In this document: positions 1 to 8,586 of the stretch, piece by piece
How positions within the stretch are numbered: the stretch's first letter is position 1
Layout: every line of letters begins with the position of its first letter
Assembly: GCA_965208575.1 (NCBI GenBank)
Contig: CBDBOV010000005.1
Coordinates: forward strand, 416,001 to 480,000
Reading direction: 5' to 3'
DNA: 64,000 bases
Source: Spirochaetia bacterium
GTDB lineage: Bacteria; Spirochaetota; Spirochaetia; SZUA-6; Bin103
Made by a program: the position numbers and the translations under genes
The notes under the pieces: model-generated
The model's input: the letters and a program-made list of their open reading frames with translations, nothing else
What the model was told of the DNA's origin: nothing
Databases searched by the model: none

Positions 1-1736
1 AACTGGTGACGGTACAGGTTACCGAGGACGACGAAACAACTACTTACATTCATCTGCACGTGACCACCGTGGCAACTGGCAGAGCCGATGTCACGGTTAC
101 TGCGACGGACCCCGATGACCTGTCGGTCAGTGTCGTTCTGAGGCTCACCATCGAGGAAGCGGACCCGACGGACCCGACGGACCCGACGGATCCGACGGAC
201 CCGACGGACCCGGAAGAGGGAACTACTGCTGTCGGAACCATCGATGACGTAGCGGTAGACGTTGGTGCAACCACCGACGTGGACGTTGCTGACAACTTCA
301 GCGGCGACGGCCTCACCTATAGCGCCGAGTCGTCCGACACCGAGGTGGCGACCGTAGCCGTCGCCGGCAGCATGGTGACCGTAACCGGTGTGGCCGACGG
401 TACCGCAACGATTACGGTGACCGCGACCGATGCCGACGACGAGACGGCCGAGCAATCGTTCGACGTCACGGTCGGCGAGGGCGATCCCGAAGAGGTCACG
501 GATGTCAGCAGCGACTGCGGCACGCTCGACGTTGGCGACACCTGCAAGGTGATGGCTCCGGACGGCAACACCGTAAAGAGCGGAAACAGCAACCTGTTGA
601 CCGTTACAAAGAAGGACGGCTACTGGGAAGTCCTGGCCATTGCGAAGGGAAAGACCACGGTCGAAGTGCGCAACTCGGACACCAACGCCTTGGTGGAGAC
701 AATAGATGTGCAAGTCAATAACCAGGCTCCCAAGCGCAAGGGCGCGAATCCCGGATTGCACCAGTTGGCGATGGCTTCCACCGCGGTAGCCTCTCTGGAG
801 ACGCCAGATTATCCGGATGACGGCGCCGATCCTCTGTTCAAGGATGACGATGGCGACCCGATATTCGTGAACAGCCCCAAGGAACCTCTCTTCAAGATCG
901 TGGTGAGCAAGGCCGCTAACGCAGCTGCACTCAACCTCGACGACTATTTTACGGATCCTGACGGCGACGACATCAGGTTCACCGCGAAGTCAAGTCATCC
1001 CGAGCGAGCTATCGTCGTTGGTTACAACGAGGTCGCGGACGGGACTACCGAGGTGTTGGTTGACGTGCTCCACAACACGGGGGACGAGGTCACCTTCACC
1101 TTCAGTGCCACGGACAATGATGACGAGCGTGCGCAGTCGGCCGATGACAACTCGCTGCTCTTGCGCGTGGAGTTGAAGCCGGTGCTCAGTTGGAGATACG
1201 ACGTTGAACAGTATGATGCGCCGCAGAACTTCAACTTCCACAACCCCAAGGACGTGGACTATCGCAGGAATAACCCTGACAACCACAACGATCCGGCGGA
1301 TCCGGGACGTGACGGCTGGCACCAGTTGGTGTTCACCGGAGACGCAAACGCCGAAGCCGGGTTCAAGTTTGCACAACACATAGCAGGTGCGGACGGGGCG
1401 GACCACAACAAGATCTGCGGCGTCGGTCTGGACACCCCAATTCCAGCCAACAGGCTTGAAGAGGGAACCGCGGAAATGTCGTGCTACGTGGTTACATCGT
1501 CCGACACGTCGATCGTCAAGATCGGAGCTCCGACCAAGACACCTCCGGGTCTGGAGCAGGACGATGGTACGGGCACCGATCCAGGCACTCATACCATCAA
1601 CTTTCAGGTTCTCAAGCCCGGTAACGTCACCATCACGGTCACCTACAAGGCTTGGGGGGCTGAGGCCGACGGTACCCCGCTGACCGAGGACAGCAAGGAT
1701 CTTTCGGTTCGGGTGAACGAAGTACCGGAGCCGTAG
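1..1736 (+). CDS. Large acidic surface/secreted protein with Ig-like (cadherin/Big-type) domains, 5'-truncated by the window edge
   Basis: Frame is open from the window start. Contains repeated beta-rich modules (TAVGTIDDV...NFSGDGLTYSAESSDTEVATVAV...GTATITVTATD; LDDYFTDPDGDDIRFTA) and is D/T/V-rich. Confidence 0.7.
   Translation, partial: LVTVQVTEDDETTTYIHLHVTTVATGRADVTVTATDPDDLSVSVVLRLTIEEADPTDPTDPTDPTDPTDPEEGTTAVGTIDDVAVDVGATTDVDVADNFSGDGLTYSAESSDTEVATVAVAGSMVTVTGVADGTATITVTATDADDETAEQSFDVTVGEGDPEEVTDVSSDCGTLDVGDTCKVMAPDGNTVKSGNSNLLTVTKKDGYWEVLAIAKGKTTVEVRNSDTNALVETIDVQVNNQAPKRKGANPGLHQLAMASTAVASLETPDYPDDGADPLFKDDDGDPIFVNSPKEPLFKIVVSKAANAAALNLDDYFTDPDGDDIRFTAKSSHPERAIVVGYNEVADGTTEVLVDVLHNTGDEVTFTFSATDNDDERAQSADDNSLLLRVELKPVLSWRYDVEQYDAPQNFNFHNPKDVDYRRNNPDNHNDPADPGRDGWHQLVFTGDANAEAGFKFAQHIAGADGADHNKICGVGLDTPIPANRLEEGTAEMSCYVVTSSDTSIVKIGAPTKTPPGLEQDDGTGTDPGTHTINFQVLKPGNVTITVTYKAWGAEADGTPLTEDSKDLSVRVNEVPEP
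162..212 (+). repeat. 9-bp tandem repeat (GACCCGACG, about 5.7 units) encoding a DPT linker
   Basis: Read directly; one unit is GATCCGACG. Translates to DPTDPTDPTDPTDPTDP. Confidence 0.95.
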
Positions 1737-1759
1737 GAGATAGAAGAGATTGAAAACCG

Positions 1760-1826
1760 GGGCCACCAGAGCTTGTGCGGTATGGTCTAGACCTCCTGCC
1801 CGCTCGCGTCTGGTGGCCCTTTTCTT
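1760..1826 (+). terminator. Long hairpin with U-tract after the surface-protein gene
   Basis: GGGCCACCAGA (1760-1770) pairs with TCTGGTGGCCC (1809-1819) and is followed by TTTTCTT. Confidence 0.6.
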
Positions 1827-2031
1827 CCTCGTGGCTGCCGGAGCGCTGTTGGTATCGTGCTCAATCCCGCTATCGGCATGAGGCACGGAGCCGCACAACT
1901 CAGGTAACAAGAACACGACCGTTAACGGGACTGACTCGGGGAGGGTCAATATGGTAAGCGACCGTCACACCCTCGGGCCAGTCCCCTTTCATTCCCCGCA
2001 CCGTGCCCGACCGCGGTGGTAGGAAACGGGA

Positions 2032-2157
2032 ATGTTGAATACCACCGCCGACACTGGCTACCTGGTCGCAGGGGCCATCGCGCTGCTGGGGATAGCCGCG
2101 GCCCTGCTTGAGGTCTACTGCTTCCGTATCAGGAAGCGGCGACGGCAGCGCCGCTAG
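2032..2157 (+). CDS. 41-aa single-TM peptide with a basic C-terminal tail (not in the ORF track)
   Basis: MLNTTADTGYLVAGAIALLGIAAALLEVYCFRIRKRRRQRR. AGGA lies upstream and a small hairpin GCCGGC-AAGA-GCCGGC follows the stop. Confidence 0.5.
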   Translation: MLNTTADTGYLVAGAIALLGIAAALLEVYCFRIRKRRRQRR

Positions 2158-2556
2158 CCGGCAAGAGCCGGCGTTACGTGATGAAAATGTCGGGGCACCG
2201 TTGCTGTGGTGAGGGTACGTGAACGTAAGACCTTCTGCCCCTCCCCACGCCGCGGTGCCCCTTGTCTGTGCACCACGCCATGTCCAGCGCCTGGGGTCAG
2301 AACAGGAGGCACGTGGCGGTGGAGGGACGTGAACTCAAGACCCCTTCTGCCCCCTTCCTGCCGCCACCGTGCCTCGCCTCGTGGCAATCCTTCCGCGCCA
2401 TGCCGCCGTCGGACGGCGGCTTTCAACCTCACTCGTCCGTGGCGGACGGCGTGCCGAGACGCTGTCCACCAACCTAATCCCTATTCAGTGTGAACGTCCA
2501 GGGGGTCGACTTGACCGGCTTGACCGGGAAGGAAGGGGGCTTGCGTTTCCGGAACC

Positions 2557-2883
2557 ATGGCGGCGGTGGCTGCATGGCTAGTGGTATCGGGCATGGCGGC
2601 CACTGACAACGCGACCTGGCGGGCGCTGCGGTCCATCGCCGCGGTACCCGATGACGCGTGGTCGCCCCGGGAGGGAGACTGTGCCGAGACGTCTCACCAT
2701 CGCTGGGCGCTCGTGATGTACGTGCACACGAATCCCGGCGGCCGTGTTCAGTTCTGGCGATGTGTCCGTTGCGGGAAACACAAGTTGCAGGCGGTGAACT
2801 CCGGCGAGACCGTCTACGCCGACAGTGACCGGCAGGAGGGCTTGAACCAAGCGAGTGCCGACGTGACCAAGGCCAACCGCTAA
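2557..2883 (+). CDS. Small hypothetical protein (C..H.W..CxxC, possibly Zn-binding); its stop codon comes from the IS end
   Basis: Contains DCAETSHHRW...WRCVRCG. The TAA at 2881-2883 lies inside the IS1634 terminal repeat. Confidence 0.3.
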   Translation: MAAVAAWLVVSGMAATDNATWRALRSIAAVPDDAWSPREGDCAETSHHRWALVMYVHTNPGGRVQFWRCVRCGKHKLQAVNSGETVYADSDRQEGLNQASADVTKANR

Positions 2884-4868
2884 GCCGAAGTTCCAGAGCG
2901 GGGATTTTGTTAATTCGTTATTGATCTGAGAATTGCGCTCAACAGCCGATGTCCGTTACTGGCTACACTTGGGCGCTGACCTCCAGGAGATCGAAACAGC
3001 GCTGCTGCAGCGCGGTCGGTTCGCTGTGCATGGTGAACGTGGCGCCGCTGTCCACCATCCGCACGCGGTTGGCCGTCAGCGTCCCCAACTCGCTCATCAG
3101 GCCGCGAAAGCTGTGCACCGGCAGACCGTCGTCGGTGCGCTTGCTCGCCGCCTTCCGGTGTGCCGCCGGTGACCGTTGCGCCGGTTGCACCACCGACTCG
3201 CGCAACTGCTCGCCAGCTGCGGGATCGTGGTCGTCGAACAGCACCGGCGCCAGCTTCCTGCGCATGTGCCACTCCACGTAGTAGGCCAGCATGCACAGGA
3301 ACACGTGCGCCCGCACCCGGTCTGCGCTGCGGTGATAGATCGGTCGCACCTTCAGATCCACCGTCTTCATGCTGCGGAACGCACGTTCCACCTTGGCCAG
3401 GTCCTTGTACGCCGTCACCGTCTGCTCGGCGTCGAACAGCTCCGGCTCCACGTTGGAGCGCACGATGTAGAGCCCGTCCAGTTCTTCCTCGGCCGCGATC
3501 TTGTCCAGATCACGCGCGAACGAGAACGAGTCGTCGGTGATGGTGGTGGTGAAATGCTTGCCCACCTTGTAGTGGTTGATCACCTTGCCCACCCGCAGGC
3601 CGATCGCGCCGGCGCCGCGCAGCGGCTCCTTGGCGCGCTGCGTGGCCGTCACGATCGGCGTCAGTTCCTCCTCCGTGGAGGCCAGCAACGCCTGCCTCTT
3701 GCGCTGCCGTTGCTCGGCCAGGATCGGGTTGCGGCACACGATCAGCCGCTCGCCCGGGAACTCGGGTGAGCTGATCTCCGCCAGGTCACGCTCGTCGAAC
3801 ATGGTCTGCGCCACTTCACCGGCCTTGATCAGCTTGCGGATGGTGGGCGCCCGCAGGGTCGTGATCCAGCGCAGACCGTCGATCCCCTGCAGGTCCTCGC
3901 GGATGCGCGCGCCGGTGAGCATGCCGCGGTCGCCGACCAGCACGACGCGCTGCAAGCCGAAACGGTTGCGAATCTTGTCGACCTGAGCGGCGACCGTCTT
4001 GGGATCGCCGGTGGAGCCTTCGAAGACCTCGACGGCGATGGGGCAGCCGGCGGCGGTACACAGCAGGCCGAACACGATCTGCAAGGTGCCGCGCTTGCCG
4101 TCGCGGCTGTGACCGCGGCGCGCCAACGGGCAGGTGTGTCCCTCGAAGTAACTGGAAGTCAGGTCGTACAACATGAGCGTGTTGTCCTGCAGATGGCGCT
4201 TGGCCAAGCGCTTTTCGATGCCGTGCTGGCGAGCGAGTAGCCAGTCCATGGCGTTGTACAGCTCATTCTCGTCGACGGCTCCCAACTGCAGCAGGTGGCC
4301 GAGGGAGGAGACGGCGCTTTCGGGGTTGAGGCCGCGAGCGGTGGCGAGCTTGGAGCGTGCGTCGACGACGCGAGCGACGATCATGGCGACGACCAGGTCG
4401 CGCTCCCGGGAGGCGGGACGAGCGACGAGGGAATGGAGGGAGAGCTTGCGGAGGGAACCGAGGACGGCGGCGACGTGGCCGTGGGGATAGCTGCGCAAGA
4501 TGGAGAGCAGTTCGTTGGGAGAGCGGAGAGCGATACCGCCGTTGAGGAGGACGCGCAAACCATCGACGAGGTGATCGGGCCACTTGGAGAGGTTGGCGAT
4601 GGTGCGTTTTCGGACCTTGCCGTGCTGGCGGAAGGATTCGCGGAGGAGGACGGCTGGGGGAGAGTTGCGGTTGGGGACGGTGTCGATGTACATGGGCACC
4701 CTTCGGGAAGGAAGAGTAAATCATTTAATGATTGACTGTCAATTAGATGAGAGAAAAAGACCGCTGAAAACAAGGACGATTTACATGGACACGATTTACA
4801 CCCACAAACACGCTAATTCTTGTGATATAAAGTACTTACAAGAACGGGCCCCCAAACTTGGGGCTAAG
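2880..4868 (-). mobile_element. IS1634-family insertion sequence
   Basis: Imperfect terminal inverted repeats CTAAGCCGAAGTT (2880-2892) and AACTTGGGGCTAAG (4855-4868) bracket the transposase, with AT-rich ends. No clear target-site duplication. Confidence 0.75.
2963..4699 (-). CDS. IS1634-family DDE transposase
   Basis: N-terminus MYIDTVPNRNSPPAVLLRES; DDE-type segments LYDLTSSYFEG, VGDRGML and YKDLAKVERAFRSMK. Confidence 0.92.
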   Translation of the reverse strand: MPMYIDTVPNRNSPPAVLLRESFRQHGKVRKRTIANLSKWPDHLVDGLRVLLNGGIALRSPNELLSILRSYPHGHVAAVLGSLRKLSLHSLVARPASRERDLVVAMIVARVVDARSKLATARGLNPESAVSSLGHLLQLGAVDENELYNAMDWLLARQHGIEKRLAKRHLQDNTLMLYDLTSSYFEGHTCPLARRGHSRDGKRGTLQIVFGLLCTAAGCPIAVEVFEGSTGDPKTVAAQVDKIRNRFGLQRVVLVGDRGMLTGARIREDLQGIDGLRWITTLRAPTIRKLIKAGEVAQTMFDERDLAEISSPEFPGERLIVCRNPILAEQRQRKRQALLASTEEELTPIVTATQRAKEPLRGAGAIGLRVGKVINHYKVGKHFTTTITDDSFSFARDLDKIAAEEELDGLYIVRSNVEPELFDAEQTVTAYKDLAKVERAFRSMKTVDLKVRPIYHRSADRVRAHVFLCMLAYYVEWHMRRKLAPVLFDDHDPAAGEQLRESVVQPAQRSPAAHRKAASKRTDDGLPVHSFRGLMSELGTLTANRVRMVDSGATFTMHSEPTALQQRCFDLLEVSAQV

Positions 4869-4973
4869 GCGTCGCGCCCGCGAGCCAGAGTGGGTGGGCG
4901 GTGGCGGCTCGGGGGTTTGTCCTTTGTCTGCTATGCTGCGGTCGTGGTAGAAGCAGGCTATGGCGGGCAACGC

Positions 4974-5621
4974 ATGAGCCCGGAGGCACTGGTGGTGGAG
5001 ACGTTTGCGATCGGGAGCCTGGGGTGCAACTGCTCGCTGGTGTATGAGCGCGACAGCCGGCGGGCGATCGTGATCGATCCCGGCGACGACCCGGAGGCGC
5101 TGCTGCAGGCGGTGGGCGAGCGCGGACTGAAGGTGACGCAACTCCTGCACACGCATGCGCACTTCGATCACATCGGCGGATCGGATGCGGTGAAGCGGCG
5201 GCTGGAAGTGCCGATCCTGCTGCACCGGGACGACGAGGAGCTGTACCGGCGGCTGCAGGAGCAGGGGCTGCTGTTCGGGATTCCCGTTCAGCCGCCGGGC
5301 GAGGTGGATCAATTCATCGAGGAGGGCTTCGAAGTGGCGCTCGGCGGGCGCAAGCTGCTCACCACCATTCACACGCCTGGCCACTCGCCCGGCTCATGCT
5401 GCTTCTACACCGAGGCGCTCGGCGAGCCGCTGCTGTTCGCGGGAGATACCCTGTTCCGCCAGTCGGTGGGCCGCACCGACCTGCCCGGCGGCGACCCCTA
5501 CGCCCTGATCCGGTCGATCAAGCAGCGCTTGTTCGAGTTGCCCGAAGAATCCTACGTGGTGCCGGGACACGGCGAGCACACCACCTTGCACGCCGAGCAA
5601 CGGCTCAACCCGTTCCTGTAG
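4974..5621 (+). CDS. MBL-fold metallo-hydrolase (glyoxalase II/YcbL-like)
   Basis: THAHFDH, HTPGHSPG, AGDTLF..SVGRTDLPGG, PGHG and C-terminal NPFL motifs. Start reassigned to ATG 4974. Confidence 0.9.
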   Translation: MSPEALVVETFAIGSLGCNCSLVYERDSRRAIVIDPGDDPEALLQAVGERGLKVTQLLHTHAHFDHIGGSDAVKRRLEVPILLHRDDEELYRRLQEQGLLFGIPVQPPGEVDQFIEEGFEVALGGRKLLTTIHTPGHSPGSCCFYTEALGEPLLFAGDTLFRQSVGRTDLPGGDPYALIRSIKQRLFELPEESYVVPGHGEHTTLHAEQRLNPFL

Positions 5622-5658
5622 CGCGCGCTCTCGCAAGGGTCGCCGGAGGCGTCGGCGG

Positions 5659-6615
5659 TCAGCGCTGCGCGCCGAACTCGCGGTCGAGCTGTTCCCTGGC
5701 GTGCAGCCGGTCGAGGGCGTGTTGTACTTGGTCGAGTTCGTCCGGTTCGAGTTCCGTGCCGGCGGCGTCGAGGCGGCCGAGCTCCGTCTCCAGCTCAGGG
5801 TCCGCACGTGGAATCAACTCCGCCGCCGCCATGCTGTTCAGAGTGGTGTGCGCCTGCTCGGCGATGGTTCGTTCGATGATCCGGTCGCAGGCGGCCAGCC
5901 AGCGTTGCAGTTTCCGCATCGTGTCACGGCCCAGATCCGGCGCATCCAGGCCGCCCGCGCGCCACGTGGCGAGGAGGCGGTTGCCGCGCTCGCGGTGACG
6001 GTGCAGCTCATCGAGCCGCTCGCGCATCTGGCCGTAGCCGGAGCCCTCCGGCGGTGCCGCCACCAGGGGTTGCATCCCGTTGCGCCAGCGGATCAGCTCA
6101 AGCTTGGCCAGCTCGGCGGTATAGCGCCGGATGGCGCGTTCCACCGTGCCTTCCGCCTTGCGCAGGATGGTCAGGAGTTGTCCGGTGGCCGGCGAGCCAT
6201 TCTCGCCGCGCAGGCGGGCGGCCAGCTCGCGCACGTGGCGCCTGGACTGCAGTATCTCGGCCAGCCGTCCCGCCAGGCGCAACTCGCTGCTCTGCAGGGA
6301 AGGTGAGCGGCGCCGCCCCTGCAGGATGGCGGACACCTCGGAGAACAGACCCAATCCCCAGGCCAGGCCGGTGGCGCAGCCGGCAACGCACCCGTACAGC
6401 AGCAGGCTGCTTTCTGGGTGCCGGTAGAACACGCTTCCGCCGAGCACGCCGCCGAGCATGGTCGTGAACACCAGCCACGCGGACCGCTGCCCCCGCCCGG
6501 ACTGAAAGGGCCGGTACACGCCGCAGTCGGTGCAGAACCGATCCGCGCGCGTCACCCAGAAGCCGCAACCGCGGCATTGGCGCCAGAAGCTGTGCCGTTG
6601 GCCGTAGAGCATCAT
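5659..6615 (-). CDS. Hypothetical membrane protein with N-terminal zinc ribbon, two TM helices and a helical C-terminal region
   Basis: CRGCG...FCTDCG followed by two hydrophobic Gly-rich segments. Confidence 0.65.
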   Translation of the reverse strand: MMLYGQRHSFWRQCRGCGFWVTRADRFCTDCGVYRPFQSGRGQRSAWLVFTTMLGGVLGGSVFYRHPESSLLLYGCVAGCATGLAWGLGLFSEVSAILQGRRRSPSLQSSELRLAGRLAEILQSRRHVRELAARLRGENGSPATGQLLTILRKAEGTVERAIRRYTAELAKLELIRWRNGMQPLVAAPPEGSGYGQMRERLDELHRHRERGNRLLATWRAGGLDAPDLGRDTMRKLQRWLAACDRIIERTIAEQAHTTLNSMAAAELIPRADPELETELGRLDAAGTELEPDELDQVQHALDRLHAREQLDREFGAQR

Positions 6616-6800
6616 CCGATCCCGAAGAAGTAGAGGTGATGCAGTATAGGGCAGCGAACCCGCCGCGCCAACCTGCTCCGCTACCGTCGGCTACCACTTG
6701 CCACCGTACCGCTACCGTCCCATGCGCCGTCGTCGATCAATTGAATGCAATTGCCCGCACCCGCCTGATACGGCAATGATACGGTAAAATGAGGTTGCCG

Positions 6801-7295
6801 ATGCGTCGTATAGCCGTCGTTCTCTTTGCCGCCGTCTCCGGTGTGACCTTCGCCGAAGGACCCGGCGTTGCACTCGGTTACCAGTTTGTTCCCCTCTTGC
6901 CGGCCGGACTTTCGCTGTCGCTGCTCGACACGTTCGGGCTCCTCGGTGTCGAGGCCACAATCAACGCGGGTGGCAGCCGTGATGACGGGGCGCGGGCGGC
7001 CCGGTTCTCGGGCTCGCTCGGCGCCAACCTGGCCACCCCGATCAATCTCTACCCAAGCCTCGCCGTCAGCTTTCAGAACAATCGCCGGTGGCGCGAGGGT
7101 GACCTGATCGAGCGACGGACGGTGTGGGGACTGGACGTCAAGCTTACCGGCTACGTCTACTCCTGGATCGGAATCACCGTCGGCTACCGCGCGCCGTTCG
7201 GCCAACCCCTCGACGGATCCCTGATCCTCGGCGCCTCCCTGGTTCTGCTGCGCCAGGACGTCCGTCAGACCGCGGCCTGCAACCCACCATGCTGA
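6801..7295 (+). CDS. Hypothetical exported protein, possibly a small beta-barrel
   Basis: Signal-like N-terminus (MRRIAVVLFAAVSGVTFA) and alternating beta-strand patterns (GLDVKLTGYVY, GITVGYRA). Confidence 0.45.
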   Translation: MRRIAVVLFAAVSGVTFAEGPGVALGYQFVPLLPAGLSLSLLDTFGLLGVEATINAGGSRDDGARAARFSGSLGANLATPINLYPSLAVSFQNNRRWREGDLIERRTVWGLDVKLTGYVYSWIGITVGYRAPFGQPLDGSLILGASLVLLRQDVRQTAACNPPC

Positions 7296-7422
7296 ATCCT
7301 CAACATCGCCGACGTTGTTGACAACGACCGCTACGCGGGCATCGCCCAGCCACGTTCCAGGGCTTATTCTGGAGCCCGGCTGCGCTTCCCGGTACGCGAA
7401 GTGCGGGGATATTGCAATCGCC

Positions 7423-7442
7423 ATTTCGTGAATTCGCGAAAT
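7423..7442. promoter_or_regulatory. Palindromic operator-like motif ATTTCGTGAATTCGCGAAAT next to a TTGACA
   Basis: Near-perfect palindrome. The 14-bp core recurs at 10283 and 11159; TTGACA at 7442-7447. Confidence 0.55.
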
Positions 7443-8404
7443 TGACATCGAGCCTCGTGTCGGCGATTGGGGTCGATGCAGTTGATTTCGCGAAGCGGGT
7501 GCGTCACGATGGTGCGCGAGTGGTGGGACTCAAGCTGCACGACGTGAATTTGCCGGCACGCGGCGCGATGCGATCGGTGTACCAGGAGATGCTGAGCCGT
7601 CCAGCTATCCTGATCGCCATCGTCATGTTGGCCGTGGCCGCGTGCGCGGTGCTCGGGCCGATGGGGACCTATGATGCGCTTACCGCGGGGCAGCGCTTGG
7701 CGTTCGGTGCGTTGTACGCGGTTCTCGGCTGGCCTCTCGGTTACGCGGCAGTCGTGGTGGCGGCATACTTCTTGCGCCGCCAATCTGCGCTGACGATGGC
7801 CGTGACGCTGACGGCGGTGGCGCTGTTCGTGTCCTTGCCATGTACTGCGGTCGTGCACACGGTAGAAACGCTGGCGCATCCGCACTATTCCGCGTCCGCC
7901 GGCCTGACGCGGTTGTACGTTCAGGTGGCGACGGTAGCGGTGGTGTACGACCTTCTGTTTCTGTACTTGGTGTACGTGCGCACCAGGCACGGCCACGCGC
8001 TGGCGGCGGCTCGAGTTTCCAACACCAACAACGCCGTCACGGCCGCTCCTCCCGCCGGCGAGCCGGTCGACCAGGATGGGGCTGGCTCCGCGACATCTCC
8101 GGCGTTCACTTCCGCCGCCACCGGAGGTGCGAGCGCGTCCTCGGACGCCGGTGGCGCCGCGATCGGTAGGCGCCGCGAGCCGGACGCGGCACCCGCTCAT
8201 CGGCACCCGGAGCCGGGGCGCAGCTCGCGGGAACTGGACGGTACGCGGGACGACCGGGGCGAAGGCGTCTCGGAGTCGCCGCTTGCAGAGCTTGGCAGCG
8301 ACGTGATCTTCCTCAAGAGCTATCCCACCGGCCCCTGGGCCGGCGCAGTCATGAAAGAAACAAGGGTGAGCTATAGTGTGGGCAGAGTTCTGGGTGGAGC
8401 GCGA

Positions 8405-8580
8405 AAGTAGGCCGGCGCGTCACTGGCGTTACGTTCTGCGAACCCGTTCAAGAGCTTGGCCCCGGGGCGGGTGGCGTAGTCATTGGTGAGGTTGTCAGCC
8501 GGCGCGGCCGGGTGGCGATCATCCCGTTCAGGAGAATACCTGCTACACACGCCTTGGCCGCACCACTCAGTCGTAGCGGA
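8405..8580 (+). ncRNA. Putative IS110 bridge RNA (target-binding and donor-binding loops)
   Basis: CCCGTTCAAGAG (TCAAGAG at 8448-8454 equals the target) and CCCGTTCAGGAG (TCAGGAG at 8528-8534 equals the donor end), each inside a predicted stem-loop. TATAGT at 8372-8377 could be its -10. Confidence 0.7.
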
Positions 8581-8586
8581 GGTTTC

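Noticed and set aside
1760-2375. Hairpins as integron attC sites
   Set aside because: They lack the RYYYAAC/GTTRRRY ends and no integron integrase is present in the window.
6678-6755. Short CTACC-type repeats and CAATTG pair between divergent genes
   Set aside because: Too short and irregular to distinguish from chance; at most promoter elements.
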